Assembly: GCA_964409875.1 (NCBI GenBank) | Contig: CAYPEN010000002.1 | Location: forward strand, 1,067-65,066 | Length of the DNA: 64,000 bases | Direction: 5' to 3' | From: an uncultured Gammaproteobacteria bacterium | Lineage (GTDB): Bacteria; Patescibacteriota; Microgenomatia; Levybacterales; GWA1-39-11 | Shown: positions 1-8,377 of the stretch, piece after piece | Position numbering within the stretch: position 1 is the stretch's first letter | How the letters are laid out: every line of letters begins with the position of its first letter | Position numbers and translations under genes: made by a program | Notes under the pieces: generated by a model | The model's input: only the letters and a program-made list of their open reading frames with translations | What the model was told of the DNA's origin: nothing | Databases searched by the model: none

Positions 1-164
1 TTGTGATGCTCCGCATCCTCTACGCGCCGCGCTTCAGCGATGACGCTGTCGCACTGCTCGCAGGGAAGGTGGATCTCGACCGTCGCACGAGCGCGCTCGT
101 TGATGATCCTACCCAAGGCGTAATCCTTGAGCAGAAGGTTGCTGGGGTGACCACTGTCTGGCAT
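1..164 (-). CDS. Partial ORF (runs off the window) with an anti-sigma zinc-finger (zf-HC2/ZAS)-like N-terminus; cassette 1
   Basis: ATG at 164 with AAGGAGG at 174-180; translates MPDSGHPSNLLLKDYALGRIINERARATVEIHLPCEQC..., an H...HL-x-CxxC pattern; not in the ORF track. Confidence 0.5.
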   Translation of the reverse strand, partial: MPDSGHPSNLLLKDYALGRIINERARATVEIHLPCEQCDSVIAEARRVEDAEHH

Positions 165-215
165 TTCTTTACCCCTCCTTGGGGCTTTGCGGATTCCACC
201 GCGGGACTAGTCTTC

Positions 216-557
216 TCAGGCAACAGCCCTTGAAGATGCACGCTTGGTCGGCCTCCTTCGGCGCGATTTCTCACGCCGCAATTGTTCCGACCGCTGCTTG
301 GCCTTGCAAAAGTCATCGAGATACATCCACTCAGTGGCTCGAAGACCTTTGCGACCTTCGGAAACCCGCAAGCGGATCTCCAAGCCTCGGGCCGCATCCC
401 GTTGACTTGCTGAACGGGAGTACGCAACTCCGTTTGGGGTGGGGTACGGCTGAACTCGCTGGTTCTCGTGGAGGAAAATCCGCTCCACGGTTCCGTCGCC
501 TCGGGCGAACCCGAAGACAGAATCGAACCAGACTATCTGACCCACGATGAATGCCAT
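216..557 (-). CDS. Cold-shock-domain-like (OB-fold) nucleic-acid-binding protein; cassette 1
   Basis: Start moved to ATG 557 (GAGGAG upstream); GQIVWFDSVFGFA (RNP1-like), RIFLH (RNP2-like), EGRKGLRATE typical of the CSD C-terminal strand. Confidence 0.6.
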   Translation of the reverse strand: MAFIVGQIVWFDSVFGFARGDGTVERIFLHENQRVQPYPTPNGVAYSRSASQRDAARGLEIRLRVSEGRKGLRATEWMYLDDFCKAKQRSEQLRREKSRRRRPTKRASSRAVA

Positions 558-603
558 ACCATTCTCCTCGAACAGTGTCTCTCCCGGCATAACCGGGCCG
601 ATG

Positions 604-1101
604 TTATCCCACCGATACACTGGTAGGGGTTTGCGCGAGCTGGACGGAAACCGTCCCAACTCTGCACTCCCCCTCAGGGTATCGAAGCGAGATAGTGTCG
701 TTAAGCACTCCGAGTGCAGCCTGGGCGTAATCCCCAACCGCCTCATTGAGCGCTTGTATGGTCGGAGGGTAATGGTCCGCAAAACGGAGCACTCCCTGCC
801 AGAACGTTGGGGAGACCACGGTGTCATAAAAGGCACCTATCTCCTTTGTGATAATGACTTCAAGCGAGACTTTGTAGAGTTCTCCTCCATGGAGGACATC
901 AACATCTACTTGTTCGCTTCTTGGGGAAGGCGCTAACTCGGCCGCTGATGCTATCGGTCCTACTGTTCTATTGGTAAAGCCTATCAGCAGAATACCGACC
1001 AAAGCGATGAAAGCTAGCACTCCCATGCCTGTATTTAGCTGATGAAGGAAAACAACACCAGCCATACCAAGTACGAAAAGAACGACTTGCCTACTGGGCA
1101 T
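604..1101 (-). CDS. Hypothetical membrane protein (two N-terminal hydrophobic helices); cassette 1
   Basis: 165 aa ORF, AAGGAGG upstream of ATG, hydrophobic N-terminus. Confidence 0.65.
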   Translation of the reverse strand: MPSRQVVLFVLGMAGVVFLHQLNTGMGVLAFIALVGILLIGFTNRTVGPIASAAELAPSPRSEQVDVDVLHGGELYKVSLEVIITKEIGAFYDTVVSPTFWQGVLRFADHYPPTIQALNEAVGDYAQAALGVLNDTISLRYPEGECRVGTVSVQLAQTPTSVSVG

Positions 1102-1230
1102 CGCACCCTCCTTTGTTTTTGTTTCCGCAATGACGAAGACAACAGATATATCTTCACCATAGCGGAAACAATACTTAGGCTGCGCTCAGTCTATCAATTT
1201 ACTCACTTGTTCGTAAAATCTCTCACAGAT

Positions 1231-1296
1231 TGTTAAAGTGCAAAGCACTTCAAGCTATGCTTAAAGTGCACTACTTCAAGCTATGCTTAATGTGCA
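1231..1296 (-). promoter_or_regulatory. Three tandem boxA-like antitermination sites (cassette 1)
   Basis: Minus-strand TGCACATTAAGCA (1284-1296), TGCACTTTAAGCA (1258-1270), TGCACTTTAACA (1231-1242) versus E. coli rrn boxA TGCTCTTTAACA. Confidence 0.6.
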
Positions 1297-1346
1297 AGAT
1301 AATGTACCGCAAACGTGCTTCAGTTTGCGCGAATTAATGCCAGAGC

Positions 1347-1385
1347 ATTATATCATTTGGATAAATTGGAAACAATTATTATGGG
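1347..1385 (-). promoter_or_regulatory. Sigma70-type promoter of cassette 1
   Basis: TTGTTT-17-TATAAT with extended TG; CCCATAATAA just upstream of -35. Confidence 0.65.
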
Positions 1386-1417
1386 TCTTTATTGCTGGAA
1401 GTGAATTTTTGTGGTTA

Positions 1418-1500
1418 GCCCCACCCCTTCTATTTGAAGAGGTAGGGCCGTTGGTGTCCTTGGTTTGCTTTTATCAAACCTTAGACGCTTGCGAAAGATT
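1418..1500 (-). terminator. 3' trailer of cassette 2: arm A' (1487-1500), hairpin, GC-rich terminator-like hairpin; repeat of 3077-3156
   Basis: GCCCCACCCCTTC...GAAGAGGTAGGGC stem; about 85 bp near-identical to 3077-3156. Confidence 0.7.
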
Positions 1501-1570
1501 GGTCGCTAATGTTGGTTCATTGCTATCCAGGCAACGGCCACGAGTGTAACAACGGTGACAAACACCCGGC

Positions 1571-1756
1571 TCAAGAATTTGGAGCCTGGGGCTTTTCTTG
1601 TCCGTCATCTTCAACCCACTGGGCCTGGATTCGGGCGACGGCCTCATCCCCCCAGTCGGGGGAACATGACTCGTCGAAATTGTTGTACAGGATGTACTCC
1701 AGCTCGCTGGCTGAAGGTGGTTGAACGCTGGGAGTTGCTCTGGGTGCGCTCGCCAT
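1571..1756 (-). CDS. Small hypothetical protein; cassette 2
   Basis: 61 aa ORF directly following the 1760-1978 gene in the same orientation. Confidence 0.45.
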   Translation of the reverse strand: MASAPRATPSVQPPSASELEYILYNNFDESCSPDWGDEAVARIQAQWVEDDGQEKPQAPNS

Positions 1757-1759
1757 CTT

Positions 1760-1978
1760 CTAGCGGTTATCCCACCAGATCTTGGCAAGCACTGCTGTTG
1801 CAGGCAGATACACCAGTACCGCTGCCAACATGAACCAGACAGACCTCCAGAGCCGTTTTCGCTCGGCCTCCTCTGCTGCTATCATCTTCCTGGAATCTCG
1901 GAAGGCCAGCGCCGTGACGACAATGATCCCAAGACCCAAGAGGAGAATGGACACTCCCCGGTCATCGATATGTACCAT
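1760..1978 (-). CDS. Small two-TM membrane protein; cassette 2
   Basis: 72 aa, two hydrophobic segments, AAGGAGG upstream. Confidence 0.6.
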   Translation of the reverse strand: MVHIDDRGVSILLLGLGIIVVTALAFRDSRKMIAAEEAERKRLWRSVWFMLAAVLVYLPATAVLAKIWWDNR

Positions 1979-2066
1979 GTGATACGCCCCTCCTTGAGGC
2001 GTTTTCGTATTGTGAGCTCAGTTCGAATTGACGAACCCGATGTTGCCAAAGCAGAGCTGAAAAGCT

Positions 2067-2297
2067 CTACTCGCCCTCTTCTTCTGAACCCTGGTGAGGG
2101 TTCCTTTTCCGCTCGATGAATTCGGTGACACGCTCGAAAGCGCGTAGAACATCCTGTGCGATACGCGCCAGGTCTGTAAGGTCTTTTCCTGCAGTGTGGG
2201 CCGTATCAACGATGATGTGAACACGACCAAAGCGCCGCGGAACGGCACTCTCACCGCGGGAACGGGCAACCTGGTCCCGAATTGAGTTGAGATCCAT
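2067..2297 (-). CDS. Small hypothetical protein; cassette 2
   Basis: AGGAG upstream of ATG 2297 (alternative GTG at 2303); operon-like spacing. Confidence 0.55.
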   Translation of the reverse strand: MDLNSIRDQVARSRGESAVPRRFGRVHIIVDTAHTAGKDLTDLARIAQDVLRAFERVTEFIERKRNPHQGSEEEGE

Positions 2298-2307
2298 TTT
2301 CACTCCT

Positions 2308-2703
2308 CTAGACTACAGGTGTGTCGGTAGTTGCCGACCGCGCTTGCCGTTGTTCGAACTTGAGGACGTATTTGTCCCAGAGGGACTTTATGGTCCAAGG
2401 CGAGGCTTTGTACTTGCCGTTTTGTTGAGCATGCAAGTCAAAGTGCAACACCAAATCGCACACGACACGGGGGAACCAAAATGTGGCCTCATCAATCGAG
2501 GCAACGCGATAGCTCACCCTACCTTTGAAGATGCAAACCATCTTAAAGGTGTCAAAGTGGAAAAAGATGTCTTGTCCATGAGTGAGCTCATAGAGCTCGG
2601 TGTTGTTGGGTGGCCGGATAAATCCGAACCTCCCGTAGTAGTGGACGGCTTCTACCGGTGCCTCCGCCCCTCTTAGAATTTTCATCCATACCTCTTGGCT
2701 CAT
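2308..2703 (-). CDS. Cold-shock-domain-like protein, first gene of cassette 2
   Basis: YYGRFGFIRPP and GQDIFFHFD (RNP1/RNP2-like); similar to 4371-4772. Confidence 0.6.
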   Translation of the reverse strand: MSQEVWMKILRGAEAPVEAVHYYGRFGFIRPPNNTELYELTHGQDIFFHFDTFKMVCIFKGRVSYRVASIDEATFWFPRVVCDLVLHFDLHAQQNGKYKASPWTIKSLWDKYVLKFEQRQARSATTDTPVV

Positions 2704-2711
2704 GACCAATA

Positions 2712-2830
2712 CTCACCCACAATCGCTTGCAGATGGCAACCAAACTACTAACCAATAACTTATAGCTACTAGCTAATAATGTTGTTGCCACCTGCAAAAC
2801 TTCGAAAAGTTTGAAACAAACTTTTCTCAA
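2712..2830 (-). repeat. ~120 bp structured 5' leader repeat, copy 1 (copy 2 at 4805-4922)
   Basis: 14-bp stem TTGCAGGTGGCAAC/GTTGCCATCTGCAA (G-U pair on the minus strand) enclosing heptamer repeats. Confidence 0.85.
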
Positions 2831-2882
2831 AATGTGTTTTATGGCACTTACTTTAGCAAATGCCAGCGATTTTGCTACGCAA

Positions 2883-2998
2883 AATCTTTCGCAAGCTGTA
2901 AAAGAGCGTTTGCAGGGATTTGCACGCTAATTCGCAAATCTTTCAAACACAAGGGAAAATTATAACAGAACCGCAAATTCAAAGCAAATACTATAGGG
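2883..2998 (-). promoter_or_regulatory. Cassette 2 head: promoter, boxA-like site and arm A
   Basis: TTGCTT-17-TATAAT (2959-2987); CGCTCTTTTACA (2897-2908); arm 2883-2896 is the exact 14-nt reverse complement of 1487-1500. Confidence 0.75.
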
Positions 2999-3076
2999 CA
3001 AAAAATATGCAAGGCGAAAATTTTTACAAAAAAAGGATTGTTTGAGTGAAGATAACTGATGTATATGTAGGGAATA

Positions 3077-3156
3077 GCCCCACCCCTTCTGTTTGAAGAG
3101 GTGGGGCCGTTGGTGTCCTTAGTTTTATTACAAAACCATGGACGCTTGCGAAAGAT
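3077..3156 (-). terminator. 3' trailer of cassette 3: arm A' (3145-3156), hairpin, terminator-like hairpin
   Basis: Arm abuts the stop codon at 3157; GCCCCACCCCTTC...GAAGAGGTGGGGC stem. Confidence 0.7.
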
Positions 3157-3447
3157 CTAGTCGTCAGACTGGGGATAGCGAGGCCGTTCTCCGGCGAGAA
3201 ACGCCTCGTAGGAGACAAACTCACCGACTGGCCCGATGTTGCTGAAGATGCGCGACGTTGCGTACACCTTCTCGATCCCAACAGCTGGTTTCCTGCCCGT
3301 AAAAGGCGTGTACTCGATGGTAGTCCTGCCTTCTCCAAGGCAATCGCGGCATACGACGCCGACACCTTTCGGTTCGGCGTAACCGCGATAGACCCCTGTA
3401 CCGCCACAAGGGCGGCACTCGACTTCGAGCTTGACTTTGTCTGTCAT
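3157..3447 (-). CDS. Small DnaJ-type CxxCxGxG zinc-finger protein; cassette 3
   Basis: CRPCGGTG and CRDCLGEG motifs. Confidence 0.7.
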   Translation of the reverse strand: MTDKVKLEVECRPCGGTGVYRGYAEPKGVGVVCRDCLGEGRTTIEYTPFTGRKPAVGIEKVYATSRIFSNIGPVGEFVSYEAFLAGERPRYPQSDD

Positions 3448-3477
3448 GCTTACCTTTCTGCTTTCTCCAGGACTGGA

Positions 3478-4038
3478 CTACGCCTTGGGGCCGATTTTAC
3501 CCGCCGACTGGCGGTACAGCGGAGCGACCTGCAGGATTTGACCTGATTGCGTTCCGTTAATCACAAGTGTCGCACTCGGTGCGGTGTAGCTTCCGAAATA
3601 ACTCTCAAGAAGCGCAATCGCCACCGAATAGAACTCGTCGTCTGTCTTGTAGCCGCTGGGCTTGCTGAACAAGGCGCCGGCAAGCTTCGTCCCCATAGTC
3701 TGTATCTGGTTGCTCGCGCCGGCAGGATCGGTGAAACATCCCATGACGCGGATGCCGATCACCGGATCGGGTGCCCCCTTCTCGTGGTACTCAGTCCCCG
3801 TGGGGAAGAGCGCGTCGAAAAGGACTATGACTGCCCCACCGGTGCAGCGGACACTCCGCTGTCCCGAAGGAACTGTTGAGCGTGGAATAACAGTTGGACT
3901 TTGCACAGGTTGGATAGGACCAACGGGTGCTGAGAGGGTTGGTACCGGCGTTACTGCTGGTGTCGGTTTTTCCGCTCTGTCACCGCATCCTACGGCAACA
4001 ACGGCCACCATCAAGGCGGCCACGATAACGACTTTCAT
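3478..4038 (-). CDS. Putative lipoprotein; cassette 3
   Basis: MKVVIVAALMVAVVAVGC lipobox-like signal, Pro/Thr linker, GGAGAGG RBS. Confidence 0.7.
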   Translation of the reverse strand: MKVVIVAALMVAVVAVGCGDRAEKPTPAVTPVPTLSAPVGPIQPVQSPTVIPRSTVPSGQRSVRCTGGAVIVLFDALFPTGTEYHEKGAPDPVIGIRVMGCFTDPAGASNQIQTMGTKLAGALFSKPSGYKTDDEFYSVAIALLESYFGSYTAPSATLVINGTQSGQILQVAPLYRQSAGKIGPKA

Positions 4039-4107
4039 GTGTATCCTCTCCAGTTGGGTTCGTGCCGAAAACCTCGGTCAGGTCCCCCGAGGGGGTCGTA
4101 GCCGAAG

Positions 4108-4374
4108 CTAAGCTGTTGCGAGCTGGCGAGCTGGCTCGCCCAGGAGACGCGCGTAGTAGCGCTCCTCGATCTTTTTGGCCACTGCCTCCATCGCCTTGAT
4201 GAGGTCGTGGCCGGACAGCACCTGCACGATGAGCCTGGTACCTTGCCAGAACTTGTGTTCGATGGAGACTTCTTGGCCCTCCGCCATCCTGGCGGTGTAG
4301 GTGAAGATGTCGTCCCGGATCTGAGCGGCCACCCGCAGTGCGAATGGAAGCTCGTCGTTGGTGTTGATGATCAT
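4108..4374 (-). CDS. Small hypothetical protein; cassette 3
   Basis: AAAGGAG RBS; ATGA overlap with the stop of the upstream gene. Confidence 0.6.
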   Translation of the reverse strand: MIINTNDELPFALRVAAQIRDDIFTYTARMAEGQEVSIEHKFWQGTRLIVQVLSGHDLIKAMEAVAKKIEERYYARLLGEPARQLATA

Positions 4375-4772
4375 CGTGAAGCTCCTTTGATTTCGGTGTG
4401 GGGTTGAGTTGATGGCTGGCTGTAGAGACGTGTCCATTCGAGGACCGCGTCATCCCAGAAGGGTTTGGGGCACCATTTCTGTGCCCTGAATCCCTTTGTT
4501 GTCCTTTGGAGTTCGAATGCGATTTCCTTCCCCCGCTTGAGGAAGGTTTCCGCCTTTTCGATCTCTTTGGGAGTTGGTGTTTCGGTTCCGAACTCTACTC
4601 CTCCGGCTGTTATAACCGGCAGAAAGAGAGCGTCCAAGTGCAGGAGGATGTCCTGCCCCTGGGTAAGCCTTGCGGCTTGGGAGCCCTTCGGAGGATGGAG
4701 AAATCCATACCTCCTTTCTTCCCGGCGGAAATATGTATCCACCGGAGCGCTTAGCGGAGTCGCTAAACTCAC
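4371..4772 (-). CDS. Cold-shock-domain-like protein, first gene of cassette 3
   Basis: RRYGFLHPP, GQDILLHLD, FELQRTTKGFRAQKW; paralog of 2308-2703. Confidence 0.6.
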   Translation of the reverse strand: MSLATPLSAPVDTYFRREERRYGFLHPPKGSQAARLTQGQDILLHLDALFLPVITAGGVEFGTETPTPKEIEKAETFLKRGKEIAFELQRTTKGFRAQKWCPKPFWDDAVLEWTRLYSQPSTQPHTEIKGASR

Positions 4773-4804
4773 CTGCCTACCTACCTGATTGCCTTTCGGC
4801 GATA

Positions 4805-4922
4805 CTCATCCACAATCACTTGCAGATGGCAACCAAACTACTAACCAATAACTTATAGCTACTAGCTAATAATGTTGTTGCCACCTGCAATACTTCGAAA
4901 AGTTTGAAATAAAATTCTCTCA
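4805..4922 (-). repeat. ~120 bp structured 5' leader repeat, copy 2
   Basis: Near-identical to 2712-2830. Confidence 0.85.
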
Positions 4923-5038
4923 TAAGGTATCTTGTGGTCTTCGCAATAAATTGTTCAGCCCAAAGATTTTCCTTGCATGCTCGTAAAAAATCTAGCATGC
5001 GACAGTTGTCGTATCGAAGATTTCTCACTTCGTTCAAA

Positions 5039-5205
5039 ATCTTTCGCAAGTTGTTAAAGTGCAAAACAAAGCCAAAAGTATTTTTGTGCTTCAAGCTTTG
5101 TATAATTTTCTTTCTTTGCCCTTTCAAAACATGCAATACGTTTTTTCGAGGCAAAAACAGACAGAAAGTATACCAAAAAACAAGAGGAAATGCAAATACT
5201 ATGGG
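5039..5205 (-). promoter_or_regulatory. Cassette 3 head: promoter, boxA and arm A
   Basis: TTGCAT-17-TATACT (5167-5195); TGCACTTTAACA (5052-5063); arm 5039-5050 is the exact 12-nt reverse complement of 3145-3156. Confidence 0.75.
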
Positions 5206-5560
5206 TTATATTTTATGTGTATTTTTGTGCTACAATCACAACTATGGAAAGAGTTGAATTGCCATCAATTGTCCAGGAGGCAAGCAAACAAATTATATTG
5301 TTTGCTGGTATAGCAGTACGACTTGCGGTATGTCCTGGAGATGATATAGCCCTCGTAAGTGGCACATTTGCAGCCGGTACCGGCCGTGACAATGGGGTCA
5401 TGAGGCAATGATGCCTACTCCACTTGAATTGGACTTAGCGGATAAAAGAAACAGGCGGTTGCCAAAAAGTCTTCGCTAGCCTCAGCCGAGATAGTCAGAC
5501 CTCGCTTAACGTCTCTATATCATAGAATTAATTGCAGCAAAGCTGTGATAACACGATGTA

Positions 5561-6550
5561 TCACGCGGCATTAAGACGGGAAAGGAAGGTGTTGTTTGCG
5601 TGTGCAACCACATTTGAAACAGCAGTCGGATACAATCCTCTATCAAGCATCCCATCCACCCATCGTTCAAAAACATCAACCGTAGCCTGGCGATAATGTG
5701 CCAGTATAATAGCACCCCTTGGAACATTCAAAGGCATGTCTTCAATATTTGCATACCAATTGAGTGGCAAAAAACCCATTTGCTCATTCCAGTCAGTTGT
5801 ATACTCACTAAAAGCTCCTCCGGGAGGCCTCACATACGGCTTGGTTGTCTGATTGAATTTTTCGACCAACCAATCCTCTGCTGCATATAAATCTTCTTTA
5901 AAAACATCCCATGTGGGAGGCACCCCTGGCACCGGTGAATTACGCTGGTCGCGGTGCGTTTCGGTATGATTACCGTATTCGACTATTTCAGAATCCGCCA
6001 ACATTTGCACCATATCGGGATACGCTTTACGCTGTTGACCTTTCATAAAATCAGTAAAGGTTATTCCCTTTTTTTGGGCAATCGCAAGTATGGTTTTTAT
6101 CGCCTGTTTGTCAAATCCATCATCAATGGTGAGGGCAACGAGCGGAGCATCCGTTTCTATCACTCGTAGTGGTTCATTAGTGCCTCGAGGGGTCTTTGTC
6201 AAATTTCTCATCTGCTCGTAGGTATATTCTGGCTTGCGAGCAATAAACTTAGTTTCTTTTCTAACCTCTTTTTTTGTCGGCTGTACAATTTCTTCTCCCC
6301 TGGCAATTCCGGGAATAACTAGTTGATGCTTTTGAGGCTGATCAACCACCGGAGTCGCTTCAGCACCCTGTTGCAAGGAATTCAATCCAGTTTTGATTTG
6401 AAACAACCGCTCTTCCGGGCTCAACGAATAGAGGCTTGCTCTTTGAGCTCTCTTACGAGCGGGTTCTTTGCTGGTTGCAATACCGATAGCAGCTGCAATG
6501 CCTCCTAGGGCAACTCTCCCAAATTTGCCTCTGTCTATTCGTCTTTCCAT
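5561..6550 (-). CDS. Polysaccharide deacetylase (NodB/CE4 family) with N-terminal membrane anchor
   Basis: VALTIDDG, GNHTETH, YVRPPGG, IILAH motifs; start set at MERRIDRG because the longer ORF overlaps a tRNA. Confidence 0.85.
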   Translation of the reverse strand: MERRIDRGKFGRVALGGIAAAIGIATSKEPARKRAQRASLYSLSPEERLFQIKTGLNSLQQGAEATPVVDQPQKHQLVIPGIARGEEIVQPTKKEVRKETKFIARKPEYTYEQMRNLTKTPRGTNEPLRVIETDAPLVALTIDDGFDKQAIKTILAIAQKKGITFTDFMKGQQRKAYPDMVQMLADSEIVEYGNHTETHRDQRNSPVPGVPPTWDVFKEDLYAAEDWLVEKFNQTTKPYVRPPGGAFSEYTTDWNEQMGFLPLNWYANIEDMPLNVPRGAIILAHYRQATVDVFERWVDGMLDRGLYPTAVSNVVAHANNTFLSRLNAA

Positions 6551-6601
6551 ATGAGGTGAAATATACGCTTTTGAGTAGAAAATAGCAAGAAAAATTTTTT
6601 G

Positions 6602-6673
6602 AGCCGATGGGGAGAATCGAACTCCCGACCTATTCTTTACGAAAGAACCGCTCTGCCACTGAGCCACATCGGC
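6602..6673 (-). tRNA. tRNA-Thr (anticodon CGT)
   Basis: Acceptor stem GCCGATG/CATCGGC, D-arm GCTCAGTGGCAGAGC, anticodon loop TTCGTAA, T-loop GTTCGATTC; CCA not encoded. Confidence 0.93.
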
Positions 6674-6697
6674 ACAATTTAAATTATAACTCAAATC

Positions 6698-6795
6698 TGG
6701 GGTGGCAAGCGGAGGGGGACCCCCGTCGAGCGCCCGCAACCTGAGCTTGCGAATGGTGAGGATGTCGGACGGGGAGGAGCGCAGACAGGACCCCA
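6698..6795. repeat. GGGGTGGC...GACAGGACCCCA structured element, copy 1 (intergenic, next to tRNA-Thr)
   Basis: Aligns with 10621-10718 and 28702-28816; terminal TGGGGT/ACCCCA inverted repeat. Confidence 0.8.
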
Positions 6796-7562
6796 TCGTC
6801 AATCTTCCATACCATATTTTATATTTCCATGAGGCTACTTTTCAATCTTAAACGCCTTATTTTTCACGGAATCGCAATTTGTAACACTATTATAAACCAA
6901 AAACAAACACTTTTATGATTTTTAATTGCACAAACAGCGCTAAATACATCAATATATATCATTTGAAGCTGGGCAATATTTTCGTCTTTGATCACAATAA
7001 GTGCCCAAAGCCACAAAAAACCACGCATTTTGCGTGGTTAAAGGTGTAGATAAGCCTCGCACAAAATCTTGAGCTAGTTTAGTTTCTGCCGAAACGAAAC
7101 TTCGATGAAGCGAGGCTTTATTTCGAGGCTTAAAGAAACAAGCTCGCTTACGACGTACTGCGTTCACTTGTATAATTTCTGCTCTTAAGCAAAGCTTGAG
7201 AGCTAATAATTCCTGCTCTTAAGAGAATGAAAAATGGCGATTCCCCGAAACATAAGTTGGGAAAAGCTCACCCTCGGACCTAAATCTGAGCGTATCTGCT
7301 TTCTTTGTGCCGGAAAATCCGGTACATACCCTGTTTCGAAAGTTGTAGAGGAAAACACGACCATTTTCCATCTACTCAAGAGCATATCTAGTATATCGCG
7401 CGCCATTAACAAGTCAAGTCTTGACATCACATTTTCTTTGTGGAATTAGCAAGGGGGAGCTATCAAAACAACAAACAATATAATCATCTACTACTATACC
7501 GGTGCTATTCCTAACAATTTTTCCTCTTCTCATTCTGTGCTCCTTTCCTATATACTAATTTT

Positions 7563-8333
7563 ATGGACATTATACATGTAGTAATACTTGGGGTAATTGA
7601 AGGACTTACGGAATTTCTCCCCATCTCCTCTACTGCTCATCAAATTTTAGCCTCCCATGTCCTACAGATCCCTCAATCAGAATTTCTCACTACTTTTGAG
7701 ATTGCAATTCAAGTAGGTGCAATCGCTGCTGTTGTTGTCGTGTACTACAAAAAGATACTTTCAAACAAACCACTTTTCTATAAAGCGTGTGTCGCCTTCT
7801 TGCCGACGGGCGTATTGGGATTTCTTTTTTTCAAACATATCAAAAGCCTTCTTACCAGCTCTTTTGTACCTGTTGTTACACTTCTTGTTGGAGGAATTGT
7901 AATAATTGCTATTGAAATGTTTTTGAAAAATTCAAAACATAAAATGAAAACTACCAAGGATTTGACATACAAAGACGCGTTACTGGTAGGTTTGATACAG
8001 TCAATTTCAATGATTCCAGGGGTATCACGCTCTGCCGCTTCAATTTTTGGGGGCATGGCCATTCGCCTAAACCGGGAATCGGCCGTCGAATTTTCTTTTC
8101 TTTTAGCAATTCCGACAATGGTAGCAGCAACAGGTTTGGACCTCATCAAAGAATCAAAAACTATTACGTCAGGTCAGATATTTGAGCTAATTTTAGGTAC
8201 TCTGATAGCTTTTGTAGTAGCACTTCTTGTCATAAAGTGGCTACTTAAGTATGTTCAGAAGAATAATTTTGTGGGATTTGGTATATACCGAATTGCACTT
8301 GCTATCCTCTACTACTTAATATTTCTTAGATAG
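7563..8333 (+). CDS. uppP: Undecaprenyl-diphosphate phosphatase
   Basis: EGLTEFLPISSTAH and PGVSRS motifs; TATACT 6 nt before the ATG (leaderless). Confidence 0.95.
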   Translation: MDIIHVVILGVIEGLTEFLPISSTAHQILASHVLQIPQSEFLTTFEIAIQVGAIAAVVVVYYKKILSNKPLFYKACVAFLPTGVLGFLFFKHIKSLLTSSFVPVVTLLVGGIVIIAIEMFLKNSKHKMKTTKDLTYKDALLVGLIQSISMIPGVSRSAASIFGGMAIRLNRESAVEFSFLLAIPTMVAATGLDLIKESKTITSGQIFELILGTLIAFVVALLVIKWLLKYVQKNNFVGFGIYRIALAILYYLIFLR

Positions 8334-8340
8334 GAACTGA

Positions 8341-8377
8341 GCCCGCCATGAAGGCGGGCCCGTAGTGTCGAACGTGC
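8341..8377 (-). terminator. Terminator hairpin (probably bidirectional) plus arm A' of cassette 4
   Basis: GCCCGCC/GGCGGGC stem 8341-8359; GAACGTGC 8370-8377 abuts the stop at 8378. Confidence 0.7.

Noticed and set aside
1245-1296. Short tandem repeat as CRISPR or iteron
   Set aside because: No real spacers; better explained as duplicated boxA-containing units.
5224-5411. Small plus-strand ORF MERVELPS... with a -10-like TACAAT just upstream
   Set aside because: Plausible leaderless small gene but no motif support; left uncalled.
6551-6802. N-terminal extension of the deacetylase ORF in the ORF track
   Set aside because: Runs through tRNA-Thr and a repeat element; the true start is probably 6550.
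7030-7450. Palindrome-rich stretch and 71-aa ORFs
   Set aside because: Hairpins are irregular and the ORFs have no recognisable motif, so I could not support a specific call.
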